Of a stretch of 64,000 nucleotides of DNA, positions 45,925-55,460 are shown one piece after another (within the stretch, counting starts at the first letter, position 1; the number at the start of each line of letters is the position of its first letter). Under the pieces are notes generated by a model that was not told where the DNA came from, did no database searches, and saw only the letters and a list, made by a program, of their open reading frames with translations. The DNA lies in NCBI GenBank assembly GCA_964394585.1, contig CAYMYI010000001.1, positions 8,713-72,712 on the forward strand, read 5' to 3'. The DNA comes from an uncultured Roseobacteraceae bacterium (GTDB lineage: Bacteria; Bacteroidota; Bacteroidia; Cytophagales; Flammeovirgaceae). The translations under genes and the position numbers were made by a program.

Positions 45925-45963
45925 GTGGTATTGCTTCCCCTTTTAGCACTTGGGGAAAAAAGG

Positions 45964-47139
45964 TTAGCTAAGTAGCTCGTAAATGCCGGCAACCCCTTGT
46001 CCACCACCTACGCAGGCAGTTACCATACCGTACTTCTGTTTGCGGCGGCGCATCTCGTTAAAGAGTTGCACCGATAATTTAGCACCGGTACAGCCTAGCG
46101 GGTGCCCAAGTGCCACAGCTCCCCCATTCACATTAACAATATCAGGGTTTAAGTCGGCAGCTTTCATTACCGCCAACGATTGTGCGGCAAAAGCTTCGTT
46201 CAGTTCAATCTGCTCGATGTCGTTCAGCTTTAGGTCAGCTTGTTTCAACGCTTTCGGAATGGCATCTTTCGGCCCTATACCCATAATTCGTGGGTTCACT
46301 CCTGCCGAAGCATAAGAAACTAAACGAGCAATAGGCTCTAGGTTAAACTCTTTCACCATTCGCTCCGACATCACCATTACGAAGGCAGCGCCATCGGACG
46401 TTTGCGAAGAATTACCTGCGGTTACCTGTCCCCCATTTTTGAACGCCGGACGTAGTTTCCCAAGCCCTTCCACCGTACTTTTTCGAGGTCCTTCATCGGT
46501 ATCTACTACGTACTCGCGCGTTTCTTTTTTACCTTCTGCATTGAGGAACGTTTCCTTTACATTAATCGGTACGATATCGTCTTTAAACTTCCCTTCTGCA
46601 ATAGCTTTCAGGGCTTTTTCATGCGATTTTACCGAAAACTCATCTGCCATTTCGCGCGTAATGTCGTACTCTTTTGCCAACTCTTCGGCAGTAAGCCCCA
46701 TGCTGAGGTAATATTCTGGATGTTCTTCGGCAAGTCGATAGTTCAAAGCGGTTTTGTAACCCAGCATAGGCACCATCGACATCGACTCGGTACCACCGGC
46801 GATAATGCAATCTGCCATGCCCGCATTAATTTTTGCACTTGCCAATGCGATTGCCTCTAGCCCTGAGCCGCAATAGCGGTTTACAATCATGCCGGGCACA
46901 TCGGTAGTATCGAATGCAAGTAGCGAAATCATACGTCCCATTTGCATTCCTTGTTCTGCTTCGGGGATTGCACACCCACAAATTAGGTCGTCCACTTGCT
47001 TATTTTCCAATCCGGGCACTTGCGCCATCAAATGTTTGATTACATCGGCAGCTAAATCATCGGGGCGATAGAAACGAAAGCCTCCTTTTTTTGCCTTTCC
47101 TACGGCAGTTCTATATCCTTTTACAATATATGCGTTCAT
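45964..47139 (-). CDS. Acetyl-CoA C-acyltransferase (thiolase)
   Basis: Active-site Cys in NRYCGSGLEAI, NEAFAAQ, GGAVALGHPLGCTGA, CVGGGQG. Confidence 0.95.
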   Translation of the reverse strand: MNAYIVKGYRTAVGKAKKGGFRFYRPDDLAADVIKHLMAQVPGLENKQVDDLICGCAIPEAEQGMQMGRMISLLAFDTTDVPGMIVNRYCGSGLEAIALASAKINAGMADCIIAGGTESMSMVPMLGYKTALNYRLAEEHPEYYLSMGLTAEELAKEYDITREMADEFSVKSHEKALKAIAEGKFKDDIVPINVKETFLNAEGKKETREYVVDTDEGPRKSTVEGLGKLRPAFKNGGQVTAGNSSQTSDGAAFVMVMSERMVKEFNLEPIARLVSYASAGVNPRIMGIGPKDAIPKALKQADLKLNDIEQIELNEAFAAQSLAVMKAADLNPDIVNVNGGAVALGHPLGCTGAKLSVQLFNEMRRRKQKYGMVTACVGGGQGVAGIYELLS

Positions 47140-47205
47140 AATAATTCGTCTTTAAAGGTTTGTGTAAAATTGAATTAGGTGAATGGTTCGTATACAGAAC
47201 ACCGA

Positions 47206-49611
47206 TTAGTTGCGAAGCGGTTTCCCTTTAAATAAGATGCTATGGATACGCTCAAGCGTTTTCGGTTCGCCGGTTAGGCTCAAGAAAGCCTCTCTTTCCA
47301 AATCCAATAAGTATTGTTCCGATACTTCGGTAGGCTGCGATAAATCGCCACCGTTGATTACGTAATTGAGTTTTTGCGCTACTTTCGCATCGTGTTCGCT
47401 AGCGTAATTCGCATAACGCATACCTGCTACTGCAGCCGCAAACGTTGCAATGCCAGCTTTACCCTGTACTTTAATATTGGTGGCTTGCACTGGTTGCGTA
47501 TACCCTGCCTCAGCCAATTCAATAGCACGTTGCTTAGCATCGCTTAACAAGCGTGCCCGATTTAAGGTTACCCTTCCTTTTGAATTGATGTAGTCCATCG
47601 CCATCGCTTCGTGAGCCGAAGTAGCCACTTTTGCCGTAGCAATATTGGTGAAATATTTTTCTAAGATATTAAATTCAGGATCTCCTTTTCCATATTGTAA
47701 AGAGGCGCGAAGAGCCATTTCTTTGGTTCCACCACCCGCAGGGATTACCCCTACGCCAAACTCTACCAAGCCCATGTAGGTTTCGGCATGTGCCTGAATG
47801 GCATCGCAGTGCATGGAAAGTTCGCAACCACCACCAAGCGCCAAGCCTGCCGTTGCGGCTACTACTGGAATGCTCGAATAACGTGCACGCATCATAGTAT
47901 TTTGGAACTGGGCAATCATCATGTTGATTTCGTCGAACTCTTGCTCGCCGGCATACATGAATATCATGGCGAGGTTAGCGCCTGCGGAAAACTGGGCGGC
48001 TTCGTTTCCAATTACCAGCCCGCGATAGTCTTTTTCTGCTAGGGCGATTGCCGTATTGATTCCTTCTACTACTTCGGCACCAATCGAATTCATTTTGGTG
48101 TGGAGCTCTAAGCCAAGGATGCCATCGCCGAGGTCGAAGACAGACGTACCTGCATTACCCCAAACCTTTTTGTTTTCGCGAAGCGTATCGAGCAGGATTA
48201 ACCCTTCAGTACCAGGAATTACTTTGTACGATTTCGACGGGATGTCGTAGTATTTTTTCAGACCATTTTCTGATTTGAAGAACGATTCTGCACCGCTTTC
48301 CAACATCTCGTACACCCATGCGGCAGGTTTTTCGCCGGCGGCTTCCATCTTAGCAACGGTTTCTTTCACTCCGAGCACATCCCAAGTAGCAAATGGCCCA
48401 AGCTCCCAACCGAAGCCAGCACATACGGCTTGGTCGATGCGGTACGTTTCATCTGAAATTTCGGGGATTCGGAACGAGCAGTAGCGGAATAAATCGTAGA
48501 AAATTGAGCGGTAGAACTCCCCTGCCCGATCGTCGAAGTTTGCTAATAGCTTAATCCGTTCTTGTAGGCTATCAATTTCTTTCGCTTTGGCAAGGGCATC
48601 GAACGATGCTTTCGTTGTCGCGCCGTATTCAAAGGTTTTAAGGTCAAGTTCTAAAATAACGCGCTTGCCTTTTTCGTCTTTACTCTTTTTGTAATATCCC
48701 TGTCCGGATTTATCGCCTAACCATTTGCGATCGTACACTTCCTGCACAATTTTCGGAAGTTTGAACTTCTCGCGCGATTCGTCTTCGGTAAGCGCTGCGT
48801 ATAAGTTGTTCGATACGTTGACCATCGTATCGAGACCTACCACATCGGTGGTGCGGAACGTAGCCGATTTTGCCCGACCAATTACCGGGCCGGTAAGTTT
48901 ATCTACTTCGTTTACGGTAAGTCCCATCGCTTCGATGGTATGCATCCCCGACATGATGGCATATACGCCCACACGGTTCGCAATAAACGCAGGAGTATCT
49001 TTACAAAGTACCGTTTCTTTTCCTAAGAACAGATCTCCATAGTGCATCAAGAAATCGATAATGGCGGGGTCTGTTTCAGGGCCAGGGATAATTTCGAGCA
49101 ATCGGAGGTAGCGTGGCGGGTTGAAGAAGTGAGTGCCGCAGAAGTGCTTGCGGAAATCGTCGCTCCGTCCTTGAGTCATCATATGCATTGGAATCCCCGA
49201 AGTATTTGAAGTGATGAGTGTACCCGACTTGCGGAATTTCTCTACTTGTTCAAACACTTTCTGCTTAATATCAAGCCGCTCTACCACTACCTCGATGGTC
49301 CAATCGCATTCGGCAATGCGTGGCATGTCATCGTCGAAATTACCTGTTTCGATGAGGCGAACTGCACTTTTATCGAATAATGGCGAAGGGTTGGATTTCA
49401 CGGCAAAAGCCAGGGCATCGTTCACAATGCGGTTGCTGACTGCAGGCGTTTCAAGGGTAAGCCCCATTGCTTTTTCTTTATCGTTCAGTTCACGAGGAAC
49501 GATATCGAGCAAGAGCACATTTACACCAATGTTGGCGAAATGGCAGGCTATGCGTGAACCCATCACTCCTGAACCTAACACGGCTACTTTCTTAATGCTT
49601 CTGTTTTTCAT
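47206..49611 (-). CDS. Bifunctional 3-hydroxyacyl-CoA dehydrogenase / enoyl-CoA hydratase (FadN-like domain order)
   Basis: N-terminal NAD fold VAVLGSGVMGSRIA, and a C-terminal crotonase fold (FSAGANL...GLALGGGCEL). 801 aa. Confidence 0.9.
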   Translation of the reverse strand: MKNRSIKKVAVLGSGVMGSRIACHFANIGVNVLLLDIVPRELNDKEKAMGLTLETPAVSNRIVNDALAFAVKSNPSPLFDKSAVRLIETGNFDDDMPRIAECDWTIEVVVERLDIKQKVFEQVEKFRKSGTLITSNTSGIPMHMMTQGRSDDFRKHFCGTHFFNPPRYLRLLEIIPGPETDPAIIDFLMHYGDLFLGKETVLCKDTPAFIANRVGVYAIMSGMHTIEAMGLTVNEVDKLTGPVIGRAKSATFRTTDVVGLDTMVNVSNNLYAALTEDESREKFKLPKIVQEVYDRKWLGDKSGQGYYKKSKDEKGKRVILELDLKTFEYGATTKASFDALAKAKEIDSLQERIKLLANFDDRAGEFYRSIFYDLFRYCSFRIPEISDETYRIDQAVCAGFGWELGPFATWDVLGVKETVAKMEAAGEKPAAWVYEMLESGAESFFKSENGLKKYYDIPSKSYKVIPGTEGLILLDTLRENKKVWGNAGTSVFDLGDGILGLELHTKMNSIGAEVVEGINTAIALAEKDYRGLVIGNEAAQFSAGANLAMIFMYAGEQEFDEINMMIAQFQNTMMRARYSSIPVVAATAGLALGGGCELSMHCDAIQAHAETYMGLVEFGVGVIPAGGGTKEMALRASLQYGKGDPEFNILEKYFTNIATAKVATSAHEAMAMDYINSKGRVTLNRARLLSDAKQRAIELAEAGYTQPVQATNIKVQGKAGIATFAAAVAGMRYANYASEHDAKVAQKLNYVINGGDLSQPTEVSEQYLLDLEREAFLSLTGEPKTLERIHSILFKGKPLRN

Positions 49612-49692
49612 TGTTTAGATTGGTTAAAATTTGATGATGTATGATTTTTCCTATTTACTAGTTGAACTTAAATGCATTCTAGGGTTGGAGTA

Positions 49693-50205
49693 CTACGGCT
49701 TAAATAGTTCGTCGGTAATGCCTTCGGCAGCGAGTTTGACTTTTACTTCGCTCAGGATTTCAGTATCGTAATTTTCAATCACATGATGAATTTTATCGAT
49801 TACTTGAAAAAACACGGCTAGCTCTTCTGCATTAATGATCTGCTCTAATTTCCGGTGAAACGCTTTAACCGTTTGCCGCGATAGCTCTCGTTTCAACTTA
49901 CCTTTTTCGGTAAGGTGGATGATTACCTTCCGCTTATCCCCTTCATCAGATCGGCGTTCAATCAACTCGTTTTCTTCCAACGATTTGAGCATACGTGTTA
50001 AGCTTCGCGCCTCCATGCCCATCAACGGAGCAATTTTAGTGGCTGGCGTTCCCTGCTCCCGGTCGATATTGAGTAAAACAAACCCTAAGGAATGGGTAAT
50101 CCCATAATCTGCGCCTAGCATGTTATACATTTTAGAAATCGACAACCATGCTGCCTTAATGCTAAAGTCAACCGATTGTCGCTTCTTATCTTCTTTTACA
50201 GGCAT
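49693..50205 (-). CDS. MarR-family transcriptional regulator
   Basis: Winged-helix core PATKIAPLMGMEARSLTRMLKSLEENELIERRSDEGDKRKV. First gene of the beta-oxidation operon. Confidence 0.85.
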   Translation of the reverse strand: MPVKEDKKRQSVDFSIKAAWLSISKMYNMLGADYGITHSLGFVLLNIDREQGTPATKIAPLMGMEARSLTRMLKSLEENELIERRSDEGDKRKVIIHLTEKGKLKRELSRQTVKAFHRKLEQIINAEELAVFFQVIDKIHHVIENYDTEILSEVKVKLAAEGITDELFKP

Positions 50206-50262
50206 GTGATCCGTTCTTTTTAATGATAGTTTGTATGTGTTGTAACAAATATAGAAAATTTA

Positions 50263-50276
50263 TTATGCATGCATAA
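50263..50276. promoter_or_regulatory. Perfect 14-bp palindrome TTATGCATGCATAA, candidate MarR operator
   Basis: The sequence is self-complementary and lies 58 bp upstream of the marR start, in the divergent promoter region. Confidence 0.4.
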
Positions 50277-50557
50277 CAAATTAAAAAAATTAACCGATTC
50301 TACTAAAAGCCTACACTCACTAAAAATAAGAGTACTCTCCATACAGCAAAAGCGAATTTACCCAAGCGTAGGAAGCTACAGTAATCATGATGAATGCTTG
50401 GTTAAGGTGTTTTCCAAAATGCTCCCCTTTTAAATCATTTATATCAATAGATCAGAAAAAGAGAAGTTCTTAATGCCATATTAAATGATAAAAAGCACTC
50501 AATTACCTAAATCTTGGTGTATTTTTGAAGTGAACCCTCACCAACCATTGTATCACT

Positions 50558-51565
50558 ATGCTGTCGATTCCGAATCGCGCAAACCTCACATTTCTTGTAC
50601 CCCTTGGTATCTTTCTTTTTTCGGTAGGTCTGAGTTGCTCGCCAATACTCAACACTCATCCCGAACTTGCCATCGGTATTACATATGATCTTGCGCTACT
50701 CACACCTTTGGCGTATTTGTGGGTAATTTGGAAAAAAGAAGTTCCTAAAATCACGATTGTACCTGTATTTGTTGTTGGAGTATTTACAGCCAACGCAATC
50801 TTGCCTGATTCACAACAAATGCATGTAGACTTATTAAAAAACTATCTTTTACCGCTACTAGAGCTAGGCGTTATTGGGTTTATTGGATTTACCGTATACC
50901 AAATGCAGCGCAAAATCACACAACATGCGGCAGTTGACTACGATACGTACCAAGCCATACGTCTTGCCGCACTCGACACTGTAAAATCGCCTAAAATTGC
51001 CCAATTGCTTGCCTCTGAAATCGCTATGATATACTACTCGTTTTCTTGGCGGAAAAAGAAAAACTCCTCGCCTTTACAGTTTACAAACTTCAAAAAAAGT
51101 GGTGCAGTCCCTTTCTTTTACACTGTATTGTTTATTGTTGCTATCGAAACTGCCGTATTGCACTTACTTTTGGTAGAATGGAATGGAGTAATCGCTTGGG
51201 TACTCACGCTCAGCAGTATGTATGCAGGTATTCAATTATTTGGGCATGTACAAGCACTCCGGTTGCGTCCTCATACTTTCAACAATGATTCTTTGCAACT
51301 GCGCTATGGCATCATGGGCGATATAGCCATTCCTTACCAAGCTATCGAACGGATAGAAGCTACTTCGGGACCTTTATCAAACCAACAGAAAACTGTAAAG
51401 CTTGCTTTATTTAAAGATTTTGAAGCTCACAACATAGTCATTTACTGTAAAACCCCTCAACAGGTGCACAAACTATATGGTTTAAAAGCAGAAAGCTGTG
51501 TAATTCTTTGCTATGTCGATGATAAGGAGAACTTCATCAGTTCTATTCAAGAAAGAATATTATAA
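50558..51565 (+). CDS. Hypothetical membrane protein with a C-terminal soluble (possibly bacterial PH-like) domain
   Basis: Six or so TM helices followed by a soluble region of about 100 aa. I recognise no family signature with confidence. Confidence 0.5.
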   Translation: MLSIPNRANLTFLVPLGIFLFSVGLSCSPILNTHPELAIGITYDLALLTPLAYLWVIWKKEVPKITIVPVFVVGVFTANAILPDSQQMHVDLLKNYLLPLLELGVIGFIGFTVYQMQRKITQHAAVDYDTYQAIRLAALDTVKSPKIAQLLASEIAMIYYSFSWRKKKNSSPLQFTNFKKSGAVPFFYTVLFIVAIETAVLHLLLVEWNGVIAWVLTLSSMYAGIQLFGHVQALRLRPHTFNNDSLQLRYGIMGDIAIPYQAIERIEATSGPLSNQQKTVKLALFKDFEAHNIVIYCKTPQQVHKLYGLKAESCVILCYVDDKENFISSIQERIL

Positions 51566-51580
51566 AAACCTATAAATGAA

Positions 51581-52282
51581 ATGATACAGGCACGCTATGC
51601 TATCATTGTGGCAGGAGGTAAAGGCACACGCATGGGGAGCCAAATCCCTAAACAGTTTTTACCGATAGCAGGTAAACCCGTCCTAATGCACACTCTAGAG
51701 CGGTTTGCACAAGCAAAAACAACTATTTCGGTGGTGCTGGTGCTTCCTCAAAATCAGTTTGAGCCATGGGAAGCCTTATGCAAAAAGTATCGGTTTACGC
51801 TACCTCACCAATGTGTGATAGGAGGTGCTACACGTACTGAATCGGTATTCAACGGACTGCAGGTTTTGCCCGAGCAAGGGCTTGTTGCCGTACACGATGG
51901 AGTTAGGCCGCTGGTATCCGACGCACTCATCGAACGAGCTTACCAAACTGCTGCTGCCAAAGGGAATGCCATTGCTGCCGTTCCGCTGAAAGATTCGATC
52001 CGCCAACTACACCCCGATGGCACGAGCTATGCGGTCGATCGGTCGATGTTTCAGTTGGTACAAACGCCCCAAACGTTTCAATTAGCACTATTCAAAGAAG
52101 CCTATCGGCAGGCAATGCAAAGCGCGCAAACCTTTACCGACGACGCCAGTGTTGCCGAAGCTGCCGGGCATACCATTCACTTAGTATCCGGCGACTACCA
52201 AAATATCAAAATTACCACCCCCGAAGATCTGCAATTTGCCGAAGCTTTTCTAAGGTTTCCTCAAACACATCCCCACCAATAA
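51581..52282 (+). CDS. ispD: 2-C-methyl-D-erythritol 4-phosphate cytidylyltransferase
   Basis: AIIVAGGKGTRMG...PKQFL, VHDGVRP, VQTPQTF. Confidence 0.9.
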   Translation: MIQARYAIIVAGGKGTRMGSQIPKQFLPIAGKPVLMHTLERFAQAKTTISVVLVLPQNQFEPWEALCKKYRFTLPHQCVIGGATRTESVFNGLQVLPEQGLVAVHDGVRPLVSDALIERAYQTAAAKGNAIAAVPLKDSIRQLHPDGTSYAVDRSMFQLVQTPQTFQLALFKEAYRQAMQSAQTFTDDASVAEAAGHTIHLVSGDYQNIKITTPEDLQFAEAFLRFPQTHPHQ

Positions 52283-52294
52283 ATCATCATTGCT

Positions 52295-53113
52295 ATGAGC
52301 GAATTCATCAAAACTACCGAGCAAACCTCAGCACATACCGACTTGGAAAAAAAAACGGTAGCGGAACTGCTTGCCGCTATTAACCAAGAAGACCATAGCG
52401 TTCCGCAGGCAGTTGCTCAGGCGCTTCCTGCTATTACCTCGTTTGTAGAAGCACTTATACCTCGTTTTAAAGCGGGTGGTCGCTTATTTTACATAGGCGC
52501 GGGTACAAGCGGCCGACTTGGTATTTTAGATGCCTCGGAAATTCCGCCAACGTATGGCATGCCACACGACCGCGTAGTTGGACTGATTGCCGGGGGCGAT
52601 CGAGCGATTCGGAAGGCGGTAGAATTTGCCGAAGATAGTATGGAGGTGGCACAAAAAGATTTGGAAACCTACCGACTCACCCCCAACGATACGGTAGTAG
52701 GCATTGCCGCTTCGGGCACTACGCCGTATGTGATTGGTGGTGTGCAGTATGCCCAACAATGCGGGGCACTTACGGCGTGCATCACCAACAATGCAGGCGC
52801 TCCGCTAAGCCAAGAAGTAACCTTTCCCATAGAAGTAGTGGTAGGGTCTGAGTTTGTAACTGGAAGCACACGTATGAAAAGTGGTACAGCTCAGAAACTT
52901 GTTTTGAACATGATTTCCACCGCCTTAATGATTCAGATTGGGCGCGTAAAAGGCAATAAAATGGTGAATATGCAACTGAACAACCAAAAATTAGTACAAC
53001 GCGGCATCCGCTTTTTAGTAGAAGAACTTGCTATTACTGAACAAGCCGCAGCTCAACTCCTTGAAAAACACGGTTCGGTTAAAGAAGCGATGCGCAGTTT
53101 TAATACTCAATAA
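52295..53113 (+). CDS. murQ: N-acetylmuramic acid 6-phosphate etherase
   Basis: SIS domain with GAGTSGRLGILDASE.PPTYG, IAASGTTPYV, GSTRMKSGTAQK. Confidence 0.9.
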   Translation: MSEFIKTTEQTSAHTDLEKKTVAELLAAINQEDHSVPQAVAQALPAITSFVEALIPRFKAGGRLFYIGAGTSGRLGILDASEIPPTYGMPHDRVVGLIAGGDRAIRKAVEFAEDSMEVAQKDLETYRLTPNDTVVGIAASGTTPYVIGGVQYAQQCGALTACITNNAGAPLSQEVTFPIEVVVGSEFVTGSTRMKSGTAQKLVLNMISTALMIQIGRVKGNKMVNMQLNNQKLVQRGIRFLVEELAITEQAAAQLLEKHGSVKEAMRSFNTQ

Positions 53114-53122
53114 CTCGTGCTA

Positions 53123-54031
53123 ATGTCTGCGTTTCCCAATCCTTTGCGCACACGCTTTGCCCCTACGCCTAGCGGCTTTTTGCACATTGGCAATGCGTTT
53201 TCTTTTTTAGTAACGTGGCTCATCGCCCGGCGGCAAAAAGGTTCTATCCTTCTGCGCATCGACGACCTCGATGCCGCTAGAATGCGCCCCGAATATGTGC
53301 AAGATATTTTTGATTCGATAGCCTGGCTTGGGCTTACTTACGACGAAGGTCCCACTTCGCTACACCAATTTCAAGCTGCCTATTCTCAGCATACACGCCT
53401 CGCGTTGTATCAACAATACTTACGCCGGCTCATTGCCACAGAAAACACCTTTTACTGCCGTTGTTCTCGCAAACAAATACAGGAACGTAGCCCCGATGGG
53501 CAATACCCCATGACCTGCCGCCAATACCATTACACACGAACTGAAGGAAAAACTGCACTTCGAGTAATCACACCGCAACATGATAGCATCGTTTCAATAC
53601 CAGATATCTATTCTCCTCAAACAGTAGATTTGTACCGCTCCATGCGCGACTTTGTAGTGCAACGGAAAGATGGACTCCCTGCTTACCAAATTGCCTCCCT
53701 TGCCGATGATGCTCATTTCCGAATTAACTTTGTGGTACGAGGCATCGATTTGTGGGAATCGACTGCTGCTCAACGCTATTTGGCTAGGCTACTAGCAGAA
53801 GACTCATTCCTTGCCCTCCGTTTTTACCATCATCCTTTACTGCTCAACGAAAATGGGGAAAAACTCTCAAAGTCGGCAGGGGTTACGGCTTTGCAGTCGC
53901 TTCGGGCTGAAGGTATCAGACCTCAAAAAATATATCAACTAGTTTGCCGGCAATACCGCCTTCCGCTATCGGCAGCTTCATCATTATCATCGCTACTCGA
54001 TGCCTTTTCCGCACTGCCCTTCATGCACTAG
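53123..54031 (+). CDS. gluQ: Glutamyl-Q tRNA(Asp) synthetase-like truncated GluRS paralogue
   Basis: RFAPTPSGFLHIGN (HIGH) and KLSKS class I motifs with no anticodon-binding domain. The start is ATG 53123 or GTG 53117. Confidence 0.75.
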   Translation: MSAFPNPLRTRFAPTPSGFLHIGNAFSFLVTWLIARRQKGSILLRIDDLDAARMRPEYVQDIFDSIAWLGLTYDEGPTSLHQFQAAYSQHTRLALYQQYLRRLIATENTFYCRCSRKQIQERSPDGQYPMTCRQYHYTRTEGKTALRVITPQHDSIVSIPDIYSPQTVDLYRSMRDFVVQRKDGLPAYQIASLADDAHFRINFVVRGIDLWESTAAQRYLARLLAEDSFLALRFYHHPLLLNENGEKLSKSAGVTALQSLRAEGIRPQKIYQLVCRQYRLPLSAASSLSSLLDAFSALPFMH

Positions 54032-54230
54032 CCTCTGCCTTCTCCTTATAGAAAAGCGACAGGGTTTACCGACCGAAATCGCACAGTTCCTTACAGTATC
54101 GGACAAGAAAGAACAATCAAAAGCATATAGCAATTAACTGATTTTAAATCAATTAAAACCAAGTGGTGTTACTATTGATGTACGAGTTCATATTTTTTCA
54201 TCCTCCTCATTTATTTAAATCGCAGCAATT

Positions 54231-55415
54231 ATGAAACGTAAACTTATCGTAGTAGGGAGTGTACTAGGCATTTTGGCACTTTCTGTAGTTGCCATGCAGT
54301 TCTTATCGAGCCAAAAGGAAGAAGCTCCTAAAAAAGCTGCTGCTGAAATTAAACGCTATGTAAAAACTACGACAGTAGCCTACGAAAATATTCCTACCGA
54401 ATTGGTAGCCTATGGGCGAGTAAGTTCTGCGCTCCCTCTCGACATTATTACCGAAGTAGCGGGCAAAATGCAACAAGGCGCTATTCCGTTAAAAGCCGGG
54501 CAGCGGTTCTCGCAAGGGTCTCTTCTTTTTAAAATTGATGATACTGAAGCACGGCTCCGCTTGCAAGCCTCCAAAAGTTCCTTTTTGAAAGATATTGCTT
54601 CTATCTTGCCCGACTTCAAGGTCGATTTCCCCGAAAGCTATCCCACCTGGCAACAATATTTCAATACGCTCGAAGTAGACAAACCCCTCCCTGATTTACC
54701 CAAGCATCGCAATAATAAAGAAAAAACATTTCTAGCTACCCGCAACATCTACAATTCATATTATACCATAAAAAGTACAGAGGCCAACCTCGATAAATAC
54801 AATGTATATGCGCCTTTTTCAGGGAGTATTGCCGAGGTAATGATGCAAATTGGCTCGTATGTAAACCCAGGTAGTAAAGTAGCCCGCACCATTAAAACGA
54901 GTGCGTTAGAACTTAATGTAGCGGTAGACCCTAACGACATCAAATGGGTAAAACCAGGGAGTATTGTAGAAGTTTCTACTGAAAGCGACGACGTAACTTG
55001 GCAGGGGAAAGTACTTCGCATTGCCGATATACTAAACACCAACACACAAGCCTTAGATGTATTTATCAGCATATTGCCTAATGAAAATAAAGTGTATGAA
55101 GGCATGTACCTCAAAGCGACCCTGCCAGGCTCGAAAGTAGAAAACGCTATGGAAATCCCTCGGGCAGCCTTGGTTTCTAACACACAAGTGTACACCGTTG
55201 AACAAGATAGCCTTTTGGCAATTCGGAAGGTAACTGTCCACAAACTCAACGCCGAAACGGCGATTGTATCGGGGCTGCAATCTGGGGAGGAGCTCGTAGT
55301 AGAACCTCTCATCGGGGCATACGAAGGCATGAAAGTATTCAAGCTAGAAGACGCTGAAAAACAGACAGCTCAAACTCCTGAAAATCAAGAGACTTCTGAC
55401 CAAGAGAAGGCTTAG
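54231..55415 (+). CDS. RND efflux periplasmic adaptor (membrane fusion protein)
   Basis: N-terminal TM/signal, coiled-coil hairpin and beta-barrel regions typical of the HlyD_D23 family. Confidence 0.85.
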   Translation: MKRKLIVVGSVLGILALSVVAMQFLSSQKEEAPKKAAAEIKRYVKTTTVAYENIPTELVAYGRVSSALPLDIITEVAGKMQQGAIPLKAGQRFSQGSLLFKIDDTEARLRLQASKSSFLKDIASILPDFKVDFPESYPTWQQYFNTLEVDKPLPDLPKHRNNKEKTFLATRNIYNSYYTIKSTEANLDKYNVYAPFSGSIAEVMMQIGSYVNPGSKVARTIKTSALELNVAVDPNDIKWVKPGSIVEVSTESDDVTWQGKVLRIADILNTNTQALDVFISILPNENKVYEGMYLKATLPGSKVENAMEIPRAALVSNTQVYTVEQDSLLAIRKVTVHKLNAETAIVSGLQSGEELVVEPLIGAYEGMKVFKLEDAEKQTAQTPENQETSDQEKA

Positions 55416-55460
55416 ATTTTCTACATATCCACAATTTTTTACTGATTTATCGAAAGTATC

